Shown: piece after piece, positions 53,186 to 63,117 of the stretch | How positions within the stretch are numbered: position 1 is the first letter of the stretch | Layout: each line of letters starts with the position of its first letter | Source: Eubacteriales bacterium | GTDB lineage: Bacteria > Bacillota > Clostridia > Oscillospirales > CAG-272 | Length of the DNA stretch: 64,000 nt | Direction of reading: 5' to 3' | Assembly: GCA_045659405.1 (NCBI GenBank) | Contig: JAZOWX010000065.1 | Span: 9,574 to 73,573, forward strand | Notes under the pieces: generated by a model | The model's database searches: none | Told to the model about the DNA's origin: nothing | What the model saw: only the letters and a program-made list of their open reading frames with translations | Position numbers and translations under genes: made by a program

Positions 53186-55891
53186 TTACTGTTTTTTGAT
53201 TTTGCCCTTTACCGTAAATCGGTAGGTTATCGAGTATATACCAAAGGGGGATGCGTACTCGTCCGAGTAAAAGGCAAGCTGCTTTTCTACCCAGCCTTTT
53301 TCATGCTCACCGATAGGCACGGTAAAGGATGAGGAGGTGTTTGCCGAAAGCGTACCGAAATCAAGCGCTGTGAAATCAAGCTCGCCGCCGGGGAAGCTTG
53401 TGGTCTCTCGGTAGCCCGAGCGGTCTGTGCCAACCTCGCATATAAGCTTGCTCGACGAGAACGCGCGGCACTTTACCGTAAGCGAGTTCTTCACCGTGTT
53501 TTTTGTCAAATGCGGTAAACCACAGTTGTCATTTGCGGTGATTAGAGCATATCTTGGCGCATGATTTGCAAAGGAATAAAAGTCGGTGTGTATCCGTCTT
53601 CCCATTTTTTCACGGTACTCCTCGGCATCAAAATCGGCAAGAGCCTCAAGCCTTTTTGGGGGTACGCCTCGCTTGTCGTTATTGAATACGCACACGTCAC
53701 CGCTTTGTGTGCCGAAGATGAGGTATCCGTAAATTGAGAGCAGCTCGCACGCAGGCGAAAAGTCACCGCCCGAAAACTCCTCTGTCGGTGTTACCTCGTA
53801 GCGCAGGTCTGCCTCGGGGCTTACGTAGTAGACCGTTTCGCCACCCTCGGTCACTGTGCTGTAAACCGTGCCGTTTGCCGCCTCGGATATATTCGGGTGG
53901 GTGAGAAAGCCCTCGTGTGCCGTCGAGGAATATCTGTATACACGGCTGTCGTTTTTGTAAGTGCCGATGCCCTTGAGGTAATACCATTCGTATTCAACAC
54001 CGCCTGTTTCGTGGGTAAAGGTAGAGCGAGAGTCGGCAAGATAGATATTGTCGTCTGCAAGAAGCACAAGATATCCGCACCACTCGGAAAGCCTTACGTC
54101 CTCAAGCCTTTGTGAAAGAAGACTTGCGTTTATATTGTGCGAGCGGCAGACTATGCTTCTGTCAAGATTGATAGACTGCTTTTCAAGAGCGCACACACCG
54201 AGCGGACTTATAAACAGTGCATCGTCGAAGAAGGATATTGCGCCGCCCTTTGCATATAAGCCGGAATGAACGTAGGCTGTCGGGTATATCTTCGGCAGGA
54301 TATCGCTCTCGGTCTCTTTTGGTGCGTGGTAGAATATACTGCCGCAGCCGTCGTCTCCGCTTTTGAATACGGCAAGCATATTTGACGTTCCGAGCAGCGC
54401 CCGAACTCTGTGTCCGCCGATACCGTCGTTAAAATAATTCAGCGAGCCGAAATAAAGCGGATTGTTGTTGCCGCTGGAATCTCTTGCTGAATAAAAAACG
54501 GTGTTTGGCAGCTTCGGGTTTCCGCTGACGAACATTCTTCCGTCAAATGCCTCGGATACCGTGCAGCCGAGAATCATCTCACAGGCGTCAATACCGCCCG
54601 AAATTGAAAGAATGTCAGGCGAGGTGGGCGAGCTGTGCGGCAGGTCGTCGCAGACTCTTGCCTCGATTTTTATCTCGTGTCCCTCAAGCGTGTATTTGTT
54701 CTCGGTTTCAATTACCACAGCGCGGATATAGCCATCCTCGCTTACCGTGCTGTACGCAATGCTCACACCGTCAAGGGTTACGTCGCAAACCTCCTTAGTC
54801 GGGGTGTGTATCGGGATTTCAACCGCACGGGTGAGATTTACAACGTCGAAAAGAATTGTAAACTTGGTGCTTTCGACGTAATTCTCGATTTCCATATAGT
54901 TTGTAAGGTTCATCGAATATCTGATTTCACCAAGCGCCTCACAGCCCTCGAAAATTCCCGTGCCGTATTTTTTAAGTCCGCCGCCAACCTGAAAGTCGGT
55001 CAGGGCCACGCACCCCTCGAATGCCGAGGTGCATATTTCCTCAATAGAGTCGGGCGTCATTACCGTTTGCAGCGAGGAGCATCTGTAAAATGCTTGCTTG
55101 CCTATCGTTTTTACGCCATCCGAGATATGAACTGCGGTTATATTTCTGTTTGATCTGAAGGCATTTGCGCCGATTTCGGTAACCGTGTAGGGCCTTCCGT
55201 TAATTCTGACGCTTGACGGAATATAAACAACTCCCGAGGTGGTGCCGTCCGAGGTGAGAATTGCACTTCCGTCCTCCTCCGAGAGTATTTCGTAGGTCAA
55301 GCCCCTCGTTCCGTGGCCGAATTCCGAACAGCTTCCGATAAAATTACGCTCAAAGAAGCGACGTGTCAGAAGATTTCTCTGCTCGTATTCCTTGCCGTTT
55401 AAGTAGGTGGTGGGAACGTAGGGCGCAACCGATGCATCGTCACTCACCCTGACAGCCCCGTCACCGCTTACCGCAATTATTCCCGCACCGTCGAAAAGAT
55501 AAAGCACGTCGCCAAAGGCTCTTGCGTGGCTTTTTGTGTCCGAAAGCTCGAAAATCGGTGTGATATCATGGCAGGTATCAATTTTACCGAGCGGAAACGT
55601 GTAAAGATGCGACCCTGCGTGTACTATGATATGTACCTCGGCATCACGTCCGAAGCGAGAGTAAATGCCGTTTATCCGCTCGCCGGTCTCAAGTATTTTA
55701 CGGAAGCCGGGAATACTCTCCGTGACCGAAGCTCCCGCACCGTCATAGTCTCGGTACATATTTTCAAGGTAGGAAAATCTGCGTGTTGAAATTCCCGAGC
55801 CGTCCGAGGAAAAGTCAACACCGAGCATATCCTTATACGAGCAGGTGAATTCTGATTTTGAGCCGAGGTAATTTTTACTTTTTACAGCCAT
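53186..55891 (-). CDS. Large virion protein (about 901 aa) with an internal BspA-type leucine-rich-repeat insert; positioned like a podoviral tail tubular B (nozzle) protein
   Basis: I prefer the ATG at 55891, which overlaps the upstream TGA as TGATG. LRR_5-like segment: TVTEIGANAFRSNRNITAVHISDGVKTIGKQAFYRCSSLQTVMTPDSIEEICTSAFEGCVALTDF. Confidence 0.65.
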   Translation of the reverse strand: MAVKSKNYLGSKSEFTCSYKDMLGVDFSSDGSGISTRRFSYLENMYRDYDGAGASVTESIPGFRKILETGERINGIYSRFGRDAEVHIIVHAGSHLYTFPLGKIDTCHDITPIFELSDTKSHARAFGDVLYLFDGAGIIAVSGDGAVRVSDDASVAPYVPTTYLNGKEYEQRNLLTRRFFERNFIGSCSEFGHGTRGLTYEILSEEDGSAILTSDGTTSGVVYIPSSVRINGRPYTVTEIGANAFRSNRNITAVHISDGVKTIGKQAFYRCSSLQTVMTPDSIEEICTSAFEGCVALTDFQVGGGLKKYGTGIFEGCEALGEIRYSMNLTNYMEIENYVESTKFTILFDVVNLTRAVEIPIHTPTKEVCDVTLDGVSIAYSTVSEDGYIRAVVIETENKYTLEGHEIKIEARVCDDLPHSSPTSPDILSISGGIDACEMILGCTVSEAFDGRMFVSGNPKLPNTVFYSARDSSGNNNPLYFGSLNYFNDGIGGHRVRALLGTSNMLAVFKSGDDGCGSIFYHAPKETESDILPKIYPTAYVHSGLYAKGGAISFFDDALFISPLGVCALEKQSINLDRSIVCRSHNINASLLSQRLEDVRLSEWCGYLVLLADDNIYLADSRSTFTHETGGVEYEWYYLKGIGTYKNDSRVYRYSSTAHEGFLTHPNISEAANGTVYSTVTEGGETVYYVSPEADLRYEVTPTEEFSGGDFSPACELLSIYGYLIFGTQSGDVCVFNNDKRGVPPKRLEALADFDAEEYREKMGRRIHTDFYSFANHAPRYALITANDNCGLPHLTKNTVKNSLTVKCRAFSSSKLICEVGTDRSGYRETTSFPGGELDFTALDFGTLSANTSSSFTVPIGEHEKGWVEKQLAFYSDEYASPFGIYSITYRFTVKGKIKKQ

Positions 55892-56730
55892 CACGCCCAC
55901 CCCAAAACGTCACGGTATTCGCCGCCCGATATCGAGGTGTTATACCGTCTTATGAAGCTCATATCCGACTTGTAAAGCGACATATAGTACTGCGCCTTTT
56001 CGGCATCGTCGTCGAGCCACAAATATGCCGTGGTGAGTAGCGGGAGCAGGGGTCTGCATTCGCCCGAAATATCAATTTCCGAGTCGGGCTCGTCGGCAGA
56101 AATGCGCCTTGGCATTCTGGCATAGGTCAGATAAACCTCGTCGTATTTTCCAAAGGGGAGCATCAGTATGCCGTTTTGCATTACGGCATCGGTAACCGTG
56201 CCGTCCTTTGTTTTCGGCAGCTCGAGAAAGCTGTGAAAATCTCCGAAAAGCTGATTGATATCGTAGCTTGAGCTTTGTGTGTATTCCCTGATATCGCTTT
56301 CCTTTTCGGAATACAGCTCGCCATAGCAGGTAAAGCCGTAAACGGTGTAGGTGTACTCACCCGAAAGCGTGAGTGTCGCATCAGCACTTCGTATAAATCC
56401 ACGGAATACTATACCGTCACCGTCGAAGCTCCGCTCTGTTTTTGCAATTCCGTCGGATATGGTAAATCTGCCCTTGCCGCTCACCCTGAAGATATAGGAC
56501 CTGCCGCAGAGCTTCAGCGTCTGCTCTATGCCGCCTCGGTGGATAATAGTATCCTTGTAAATCAGCGGCTTTTGCTCTTTTGTATAAAGCCTTACCGTCT
56601 TTGCCACGGGGCGCTCGGTGAAAATAGTCATAAGCGCTCTGTTTGCCGAGGCGATGAAGCTTTTATCAATGGTTATGCCGTCCTCGAAAGCGAGGGCGCA
56701 AACCTCGTCGTGTAGGTTATTTAGTGTCAT
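55891..56730 (-). CDS. Virion protein (279 aa); positioned like a tail tubular A or adaptor protein
   Basis: First ORF after the non-coding gap that follows the capsid gene, and coupled to the 901-aa gene. Confidence 0.55.
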   Translation of the reverse strand: MTLNNLHDEVCALAFEDGITIDKSFIASANRALMTIFTERPVAKTVRLYTKEQKPLIYKDTIIHRGGIEQTLKLCGRSYIFRVSGKGRFTISDGIAKTERSFDGDGIVFRGFIRSADATLTLSGEYTYTVYGFTCYGELYSEKESDIREYTQSSSYDINQLFGDFHSFLELPKTKDGTVTDAVMQNGILMLPFGKYDEVYLTYARMPRRISADEPDSEIDISGECRPLLPLLTTAYLWLDDDAEKAQYYMSLYKSDMSFIRRYNTSISGGEYRDVLGWA

Positions 56731-57121
56731 GTTAGTTCCAACTTCATTGTTTTTTTAATAGGGGTTAGCGAAATTTGAATGTTAAATTATGGCAAAACCC
56801 CTCTGTGATTTACTTTATAAAGGTGAAATATGCCTTGCAAATGAAATGATTTCCACAACAAACCTCGTCACAGTTTGCGGTTTATTTTGGGCATAATCGA
56901 ATAAGAAACGTAGGAAATAAATTTTCATCTTACGCTGTTCAGCCGACGATTTCTGCCCCAAACAAACCTTGTCACATAGTCACGTCGAGCTTCGCCACTC
57001 GCAATTTAGCTTTTTTGAATTACGAGCGGCTCGCTCTGTTTTAGCGGTTGCGAAGCAATCATTCAAAGACCGTTTGGTCAATTAAAGATTGCAAGGCAAT
57101 CATTTCATCTTATTCGGTTGC

Positions 57122-58168
57122 TCAAAGAGCGCTTGCACCGTCAATGGCGCCGGTCGAATCAACCGCAAGCAGGATGTGCTTGTAAGTACCGAAGCCGACA
57201 CCGAAGCGGCATCTGCCGTTCCAGATGTAGTTGCCCGTGTGGTTGTCCACCCAGCTTGAAACGGTGAGGGGAACACGGTTGAAGAACATATTACCCGAAA
57301 GATTTCTGTTTGCCTCGGAGGACATTATCATAAGTCTGTCGTCGGTTGACTGCCAGCCGGGCATAACGACGATATTCCAGTTGCCGTACTGAAGGTTGAT
57401 GTCGTTGTAGCCGTTGCCGAGCGCACCCTGCGAGCCGCAGACCTTCTTTGCGATAGCCTCTGCCACAGGACGGTTACCGGGAAGAATAATGGTGTCGGCA
57501 GTATAGCCGAGCGCCTCACCGTTTTCGTCCTTGAGGTTTCTCATCTTAACTGCAAGCTCACCGAGCGCCTCCTCAAACTGCGCTGCGGATGCTGTGCCGC
57601 CGTTTTTGAAAATATCGCCGTAGAAGAAGTTGGACTGTGTGCCCTGCTTCTCTCCGATACCCCACTTGTGCGCCTTGTTGAAAAGCGGAAGCGAGTCGGG
57701 AGCGGTGAGGTCAATAGTAGCGCCTGCAAAGCTGCCGCTTGTCGCAGTTGCCGCCGAGAGGGCGTACTCGCAAATCTTGTGCATAGTCTTGTAGTAGGCT
57801 CTTGTGAAGTTTTCCGCTCTGCGCTTTGCATCTGCCGCAACACCGTAGTTTGCGTCCTCCATCATTTCTGCGGTGATGGTGAATTCCTTCATAAACTGAA
57901 TATGCTCGATGAACTTACGGTAGGTTTCGCTGATTGTGTCGCCCTCTGCCGCTTCGCCCTCGGCTGCCGCACGGAATACGTCAAATTCGTTCTGACCTAC
58001 AATGGTCTCGCCGAACTTATTGCTCTTTTCAACGTTAAAGAGCCAGTCGCAAATACCGCCCTTTTTGGTAAGTATATCGCTCTCATGCTCGATAACCATT
58101 TTAATGGGTGTTTCAAGCTTGCCGATTGCGGCGTTGGTAACGCCTGAAGATTTTGAATAGATTATCAT
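57122..58168 (-). CDS. Putative major capsid protein (348 aa)
   Basis: Called from size and position after the portal and an acidic scaffold-like gene. GAAAGGA RBS. No motif-level proof. Confidence 0.6.
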   Translation of the reverse strand: MIIYSKSSGVTNAAIGKLETPIKMVIEHESDILTKKGGICDWLFNVEKSNKFGETIVGQNEFDVFRAAAEGEAAEGDTISETYRKFIEHIQFMKEFTITAEMMEDANYGVAADAKRRAENFTRAYYKTMHKICEYALSAATATSGSFAGATIDLTAPDSLPLFNKAHKWGIGEKQGTQSNFFYGDIFKNGGTASAAQFEEALGELAVKMRNLKDENGEALGYTADTIILPGNRPVAEAIAKKVCGSQGALGNGYNDINLQYGNWNIVVMPGWQSTDDRLMIMSSEANRNLSGNMFFNRVPLTVSSWVDNHTGNYIWNGRCRFGVGFGTYKHILLAVDSTGAIDGASAL

Positions 58169-58354
58169 ATTAATTTCCTTTCAATTCTTTAAAATTTGCA
58201 ATGTCAAAGGCTTATCTTTCGGCAAAACCTTGATTTGGAAGTGCGCATAACGCAGTTAATATTAATCGAAGGTTTTGACAGCCGAAAAAGCTTTTTGACC
58301 TAGTTTATTTTTTCGGTTTATCAATAAAATGTAACCGTTAGATTACATATTTTG

Positions 58355-58864
58355 TTATTTTGCTACTCTTTTGTAAAGAGATTGGATTTCCGTATCGCTC
58401 ATGCCGGAGAAAATTTCACGGGCGGATTTAAGCTCTGCTCGCGACATGGCGGGGGCTATGCCGCCCGCCGCTTTTGGCACACTGCCGCAAAGGTGAGAGC
58501 GGTTGTCACGGTGGCTTACCCTCTGGGTTGCAAGGTATGCCTCTCTTGCCGAAAGCCCAAGCTCACGCAGCTCGGCAAATCTTACGGGATTGTCAAGCTC
58601 GGTGATGCTCTGAAGCTCTCTTGCCGAGTAAAACTCCCGACGCAATTCGGCAACGTCATCCTTTTCCATAGCGGCATAATCGACATCAGCCGCTTCTTCG
58701 TCGGCATCAGATACTTCTTCGTCGGCATCAGCCACCTCATCATCGGTATCCTCTATGACGTCAGCCTCGCCCGTGCCGTCTGTGATTAGCTCGTTTTGGG
58801 CGGTGTTATCCTCTGCCACAGTGTCCATAGCCTCTCCGATATCCGTAAAGTTAAGCTCGTCCAT
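58355..58864 (-). CDS. Acidic scaffold-like protein (169 aa)
   Basis: N-terminal half is D/E-rich (EADVIEDTDDEVADADEEVSDADEEAADVD). It sits immediately upstream of the capsid gene. Confidence 0.55.
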   Translation of the reverse strand: MDELNFTDIGEAMDTVAEDNTAQNELITDGTGEADVIEDTDDEVADADEEVSDADEEAADVDYAAMEKDDVAELRREFYSARELQSITELDNPVRFAELRELGLSAREAYLATQRVSHRDNRSHLCGSVPKAAGGIAPAMSRAELKSAREIFSGMSDTEIQSLYKRVAK

Positions 58865-58867
58865 AAA

Positions 58868-59005
58868 TTAAGCTCTCCTTTTTGCGCGAAGGTCGGTGTC
58901 GGATTTCTGCTTTGTTACCTTTGGCTCGCCCTTGGGCGCACCCTTGGGGGATTTAATCATACCGCCCCCGTTTGTTGCATATACCGAATATTCCTTGTTC
59001 TTCAT
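58868..59005 (-). CDS. 45-aa basic protein MKNKEYSVYATNGGGMIKSPKGAPKGEPKVTKQKSDTDLRAKRRA
   Basis: Below the ORF-track cutoff. AAGGAG lies 7 nt upstream, and the ORF fills the gap between flanking genes. Confidence 0.5.
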   Translation of the reverse strand: MKNKEYSVYATNGGGMIKSPKGAPKGEPKVTKQKSDTDLRAKRRA

Positions 59006-59017
59006 ACTTTTTCTCCT

Positions 59018-59707
59018 TTACTGTTTGTTCTTTAGTCCTTCGAGATAACCGCCGTCAAGCTTTATCTCGTTCATCTTTCTTGCGTATTCCGCAAGCTCAC
59101 GTGCGATGCTTTCTTTAAGTCCAAGCTTCAGCGCATATTCATAGCTTTCAGCCTCTGAATATCCCTCGTTATTTATAGCGGAAAGTACGCTTTTACGAAG
59201 CTTTTCGGTGACAGCTGCCATAGCGCTGTCCGCCGCACGTTTCGCATAAGAGCCTGAAAGCCCTGCCGTATTTGCAAATTCAAGCATAGCGTTGTAGTCG
59301 GTAAGCGTTGCCTTTGTCATGTCAGAAACGACGCTTGTGAAAAGCTTTTCCTGATTTTTCGTATACTTGTCTATGTAGTCGGCATAGGAAATTCTTGCCT
59401 TTTGCTCCTTTTCACCGTATTTTGCCTCGGCAATTTTGGCGGCGCTTTTCAAGCTATCCTTTGCAAGCTCGGACAGATATTCAGCATATCCGCCCGAGGT
59501 AAGTCCCGAGCCGCCTAACCTCTCGGCACTAACACCGTAGGTCGGCATAGCCTTGGCGGAGTCGGCACGTGCATCCTTCATAGCGGTGAGGTAATCCGCC
59601 TCGGCACTTTTCAGTTCTTCTCTAACAAAAGCGGAATATGCCACAGGCTCGTTTTTTCTTTTCAGACGATTTATATAGTCGTCGTAAGAGCTATATGCCG
59701 TTGCCAA
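59018..59707 (-). CDS. Phage-block protein (229 aa), unknown (head-associated by position)
   Basis: TTG start with GGGAGG 9 nt upstream. It overlaps the portal gene's 3' end by 17 nt. Confidence 0.55.
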   Translation of the reverse strand: MATAYSSYDDYINRLKRKNEPVAYSAFVREELKSAEADYLTAMKDARADSAKAMPTYGVSAERLGGSGLTSGGYAEYLSELAKDSLKSAAKIAEAKYGEKEQKARISYADYIDKYTKNQEKLFTSVVSDMTKATLTDYNAMLEFANTAGLSGSYAKRAADSAMAAVTEKLRKSVLSAINNEGYSEAESYEYALKLGLKESIARELAEYARKMNEIKLDGGYLEGLKNKQ

Positions 59708-61454
59708 TCTGATAAACCTCCCTGCTGTTTATTATTTCTGTAAAGTATTCTACGTTTTCCTTTGCGTAGGGGTAGTGCGCACGCTCCTGGCATTGCCAAT
59801 AGCGGAGCAGTGATTTCGGGTCTGTCGGCTCGCCTAGCGTTCCTGCACGCAGATTTTCGAGATTTCTTTGCCACAGCGCCTCACGTGAATATTCCTCACC
59901 GCCGCCTGTGTCCGTGCTGAAAAGATAGGAGTCGTCGTAGTGATATTCACCGCTTCTGATATCGTATCCGATAAAGCTGTAACGGTTGAAATGCTCGTTG
60001 TGAATTCTGCCGTATGCATCACGGTAGCTTACCACCCTCGGCTCGTCGGCAAAGGCAAGATAATGCTCGAAGATTTTTCGGTCAAGTGCGGCATAAGCCG
60101 TGTGCTTCATCTTCTTTTTAGAGTTAAGTCTGCCCGCCGCCTGCGAAATTCGCAGCTGCTTTGCATAGCCCGACTCGTTTGAGTTCATATCAATTCCCTG
60201 ATATGCGTCCGAAATACCGAGTATTCGTTTGCTGTGGTCGTAAAGCCTTTCCGCCTCGGCAATGTCCTGGGCAATGTTCGGTGTGGTATCAACCTTGCCG
60301 TATTGCGCCGCACTCTCACCGGGCTTCATTTTTATAACCTGCCCGAATACCGAATTGTTGAGCGTCACTCTCGCATCCTCCGGCATAACCGGTGTTATAC
60401 CTGCACGCAGGAGCTTTTGCAGAATTCTTGACTCTATTTTGTTTATCGCCTGCTGCTCCGGGCGAATGTACTCGCAGTCGGATTGACCGTAAAGCGACTT
60501 TTCAACCGAGGTGTTTTTGCGCACAACGATAGGGAAGCTGTTCGGTGTGTAGTAGGGAATATTGCCCTCGTTATCATCGAAGAAATCCTCGCCAACCTTG
60601 TCGAAAATGCCATATTTTGCAAACTGTTGTTTGCTTATACTCTCGAAAATCTGATTTTCCGATTTGAAATCGGGATTTTCACACAGGCAATGCTCCTCCT
60701 CTTTATTGCAGATTTGACAGCGCTTTATCTTGCGCTTGTAGTAGGAGGGAATGTCAAGCAGGGTAAGTCCGCCCGAAAAGACGAACTGACCGACCTCGCC
60801 CCGCTCGTCGCGGTAGTAGCATATAATCACCCCGACCGTGTCCGACTCGTCTGGCGCTCCTGCAAATTCAAGCTCACACTCTGCCAAATCGCACTCCTCG
60901 TCCTTTATTCCGTACTTGCGTTTAAGCTCACCGCGAGTGGTTGTAAAGCGAATGAAGCAGTATTCCATATCGTCAACCGAATATATACCCGGTTGCGGCA
61001 GGAAATCGAGCGGAGATATACATTGAATTTTGACACCGCCGATACCGCCCTCGTACTTCGTGTTATCCCACTCGATATGCCATACGCTCGAGCCGTATAT
61101 ATAGGTGTAGCGCTCGTCAAGGTCGTTAAGCTCTGCAAAGGGGAGTCTTTCTCTCATCGCATAGCACAGCCGCTCAACCGTGTGCGCATTGCGGATACCC
61201 GCCTCGCTGTAATATTCCGGCTCAACCTTGGGTGCGGGGATGTCCGAGGAAATCTGGCTTTCTATCATTTCGTAGGTGATGTTTCTTACGGTCAGCGCCG
61301 ATTCGGGCGAGCCGTCAATTTCCGCAGAGCCTCGGTATTGTCGCATATAGCTGTCGAGCTTATCAAAGGTCTCGCCTGCGGCAAGCCTTGCGCTCTCGTA
61401 AAGCGACTTGAAAAAATCCAGCTTTTCGGATTTTGTTTTGTATTCTGTTTTCAC
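59691..61454 (-). CDS. Putative portal protein (587 aa)
   Basis: Called from size and its position directly after terL. The GTG start overlaps the terL stop as GTGA. Confidence 0.7.
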   Translation of the reverse strand: MKTEYKTKSEKLDFFKSLYESARLAAGETFDKLDSYMRQYRGSAEIDGSPESALTVRNITYEMIESQISSDIPAPKVEPEYYSEAGIRNAHTVERLCYAMRERLPFAELNDLDERYTYIYGSSVWHIEWDNTKYEGGIGGVKIQCISPLDFLPQPGIYSVDDMEYCFIRFTTTRGELKRKYGIKDEECDLAECELEFAGAPDESDTVGVIICYYRDERGEVGQFVFSGGLTLLDIPSYYKRKIKRCQICNKEEEHCLCENPDFKSENQIFESISKQQFAKYGIFDKVGEDFFDDNEGNIPYYTPNSFPIVVRKNTSVEKSLYGQSDCEYIRPEQQAINKIESRILQKLLRAGITPVMPEDARVTLNNSVFGQVIKMKPGESAAQYGKVDTTPNIAQDIAEAERLYDHSKRILGISDAYQGIDMNSNESGYAKQLRISQAAGRLNSKKKMKHTAYAALDRKIFEHYLAFADEPRVVSYRDAYGRIHNEHFNRYSFIGYDIRSGEYHYDDSYLFSTDTGGGEEYSREALWQRNLENLRAGTLGEPTDPKSLLRYWQCQERAHYPYAKENVEYFTEIINSREVYQIGNGI

Positions 61455-62803
61455 GTTGGTTCTCCGTATTTGGTTTTTAGATATTTTTTTCCGTCCTCGT
61501 CAGCTCCGACGTAGTCCTCCCACATATCCGCCGTCCAATTTGCAAACCGTACTCGCTCGCTCTTTTCCGAGGGCCTCGCATAGAACACGGCAAAGCCTCG
61601 CAAAGCGTCGGGTGCGTGTGTTATTTCGTGCGGCTCGGTTGCGCAGTCGGTGGGGCGCAGCTTGTCTACTGTCAGGGCGGGGAGCGTGTTTATAATTTCG
61701 GTACAGTGCGAGAATATCTTCAGCCGATTTGCTATCAGTAGCTCCTTTACTGCAAGCCAGCCGCTTTCTCTGTCGTTAGAGGTTTTTGTGAAGCATACTC
61801 CGTATTCGGAGAAGATACTCGCCTTTGTACGTCCGCTCTCCTGCCCACGGCTCCAAAGGTCGGGGGGTGCGAGCGTTGCGTAAATGTCCTCGCCCCTCGG
61901 TGTCCTCTCGGTTATGGCGGCAGCCGCACGGCTGATAGGAAGCCCCGACTCGCAGTATTCACGGTAAACGTAGGCACAGCCGTCGGGCGCTACCGCTATC
62001 CAAAGGGTGGCAAGGCGGTCAAGACCGTAATCAATAGTTCGGTATTTGCGCCAGCCCTCGGGAATTTCAAAGGGTGTGATAACGTGGTCCTTATAGGAAA
62101 ATTCCGAGAAATACTGACCCTCAAAAATATTCCAGTCACCGTTAAGCAGCGCCCGTCTTTCACGCTCGGGCAGAGCTAAAAGCCTATCTCGGTAGGTTGG
62201 GTCCTTTGATGTGAGAAAGCTGTTGTCGTCAAGAAAAGAGGGGATGAAAATTCTTTTCATACCGTCCTCGCCAAGAAAGCTTGTGCTCGGAGCTTTCGGG
62301 TCTACGAAGCGTCGCTTTACCCAGCTATGACCGATACCGCCGGGGTTGGTGGTGGATTTTATCTGCTTTGGGAAGCTGTTAGCTCCACGCACCCGTGATA
62401 TAAGATAGATGTATTGCGACTCGGTAAAATGCGTAAGCTCATCAAAGCGGATGACGTCATATTCTGCGCTTTGATACTGATAAACGTCGTTTTCGGTTGC
62501 GCAATAGCCGAAATCAATAAATGAGCCGTTTTTGAATTTTCCCGTGTGGGAGGATGAGTTGTGAGTATAGATTTCTTTAGGGTAGAGAGATAAGCTTAAG
62601 CGTATGAGAGATTTGTCAAGCTCGGAAAATGTTCTGCGAAGTATGAGCTGACGGGATTTCGGGTATTTTACAGCGAACAGAAGCGCATCAACCATCTGAC
62701 CGAATGATTTGCCGCCGCCTGCCGCACCGCCGAATAAAACCTCGTCCTCGGTAGCGTCCAAAAAGAGCTTTTGCTTTTTGGTAACCGAAAGCGGAAGCTT
62801 CAT
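61451..62803 (-). CDS. Terminase large subunit
   Basis: 450-aa ORF with Walker A FGGAAGGGKS near the N-terminus and a nuclease-like C-terminal half. It overlaps terS as ATGA. Confidence 0.9.
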   Translation of the reverse strand: MKLPLSVTKKQKLFLDATEDEVLFGGAAGGGKSFGQMVDALLFAVKYPKSRQLILRRTFSELDKSLIRLSLSLYPKEIYTHNSSSHTGKFKNGSFIDFGYCATENDVYQYQSAEYDVIRFDELTHFTESQYIYLISRVRGANSFPKQIKSTTNPGGIGHSWVKRRFVDPKAPSTSFLGEDGMKRIFIPSFLDDNSFLTSKDPTYRDRLLALPERERRALLNGDWNIFEGQYFSEFSYKDHVITPFEIPEGWRKYRTIDYGLDRLATLWIAVAPDGCAYVYREYCESGLPISRAAAAITERTPRGEDIYATLAPPDLWSRGQESGRTKASIFSEYGVCFTKTSNDRESGWLAVKELLIANRLKIFSHCTEIINTLPALTVDKLRPTDCATEPHEITHAPDALRGFAVFYARPSEKSERVRFANWTADMWEDYVGADEDGKKYLKTKYGEPT

Positions 62804-63117
62804 TCTTGCACCTCGAGCGTTATTGAAACCTCGCCCGTGCCGCCCTCTGTCTCCGAGTCGAGAAGATACTTTGTAAATGATGAGTCAAACCGCTTCGTCA
62901 ACGCGCCGTCTATAAGATAATCTCTCCTGATTTCGTTGCATTCGGTGTATGCCTCGTCAAATTTTTTGTGTCCTCTGAAGCTCAAAAGCACAGCAAGCGT
63001 CGTGCCTATGCTTCTTGCAAATTTATCAAAGCTCGGCGGAGCGCCGCTCCCCTCATACGAGGAAAAATAGCAGTACATTTTCCTCGGCAGGTCATTGCTG
63101 TATTTCAGCCTTGCCAT
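62800..63117 (-). CDS. Putative terminase small subunit (105 aa)
   Basis: Small ORF coupled to terL. No specific motif confirmed. Confidence 0.55.
   Translation of the reverse strand: MARLKYSNDLPRKMYCYFSSYEGSGAPPSFDKFARSIGTTLAVLLSFRGHKKFDEAYTECNEIRRDYLIDGALTKRFDSSFTKYLLDSETEGGTGEVSITLEVQE

Noticed and set aside
50395-57121. Diversity-generating retroelement: a fibre-type N-terminal motif in the 156-aa protein plus repeats in the non-coding gap.
   Set aside because: There is no reverse transcriptase in the window. I found no template/variable repeat pair with adenine-specific mismatches between the gap and any 3' coding region.
60483-61514. 343-aa plus-strand ORF antisense to the portal gene.
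   Set aside because: It runs against a tightly coupled minus-strand operon and has an implausible composition. The portal ORF has overlapping start and stop coupling with both of its neighbours.
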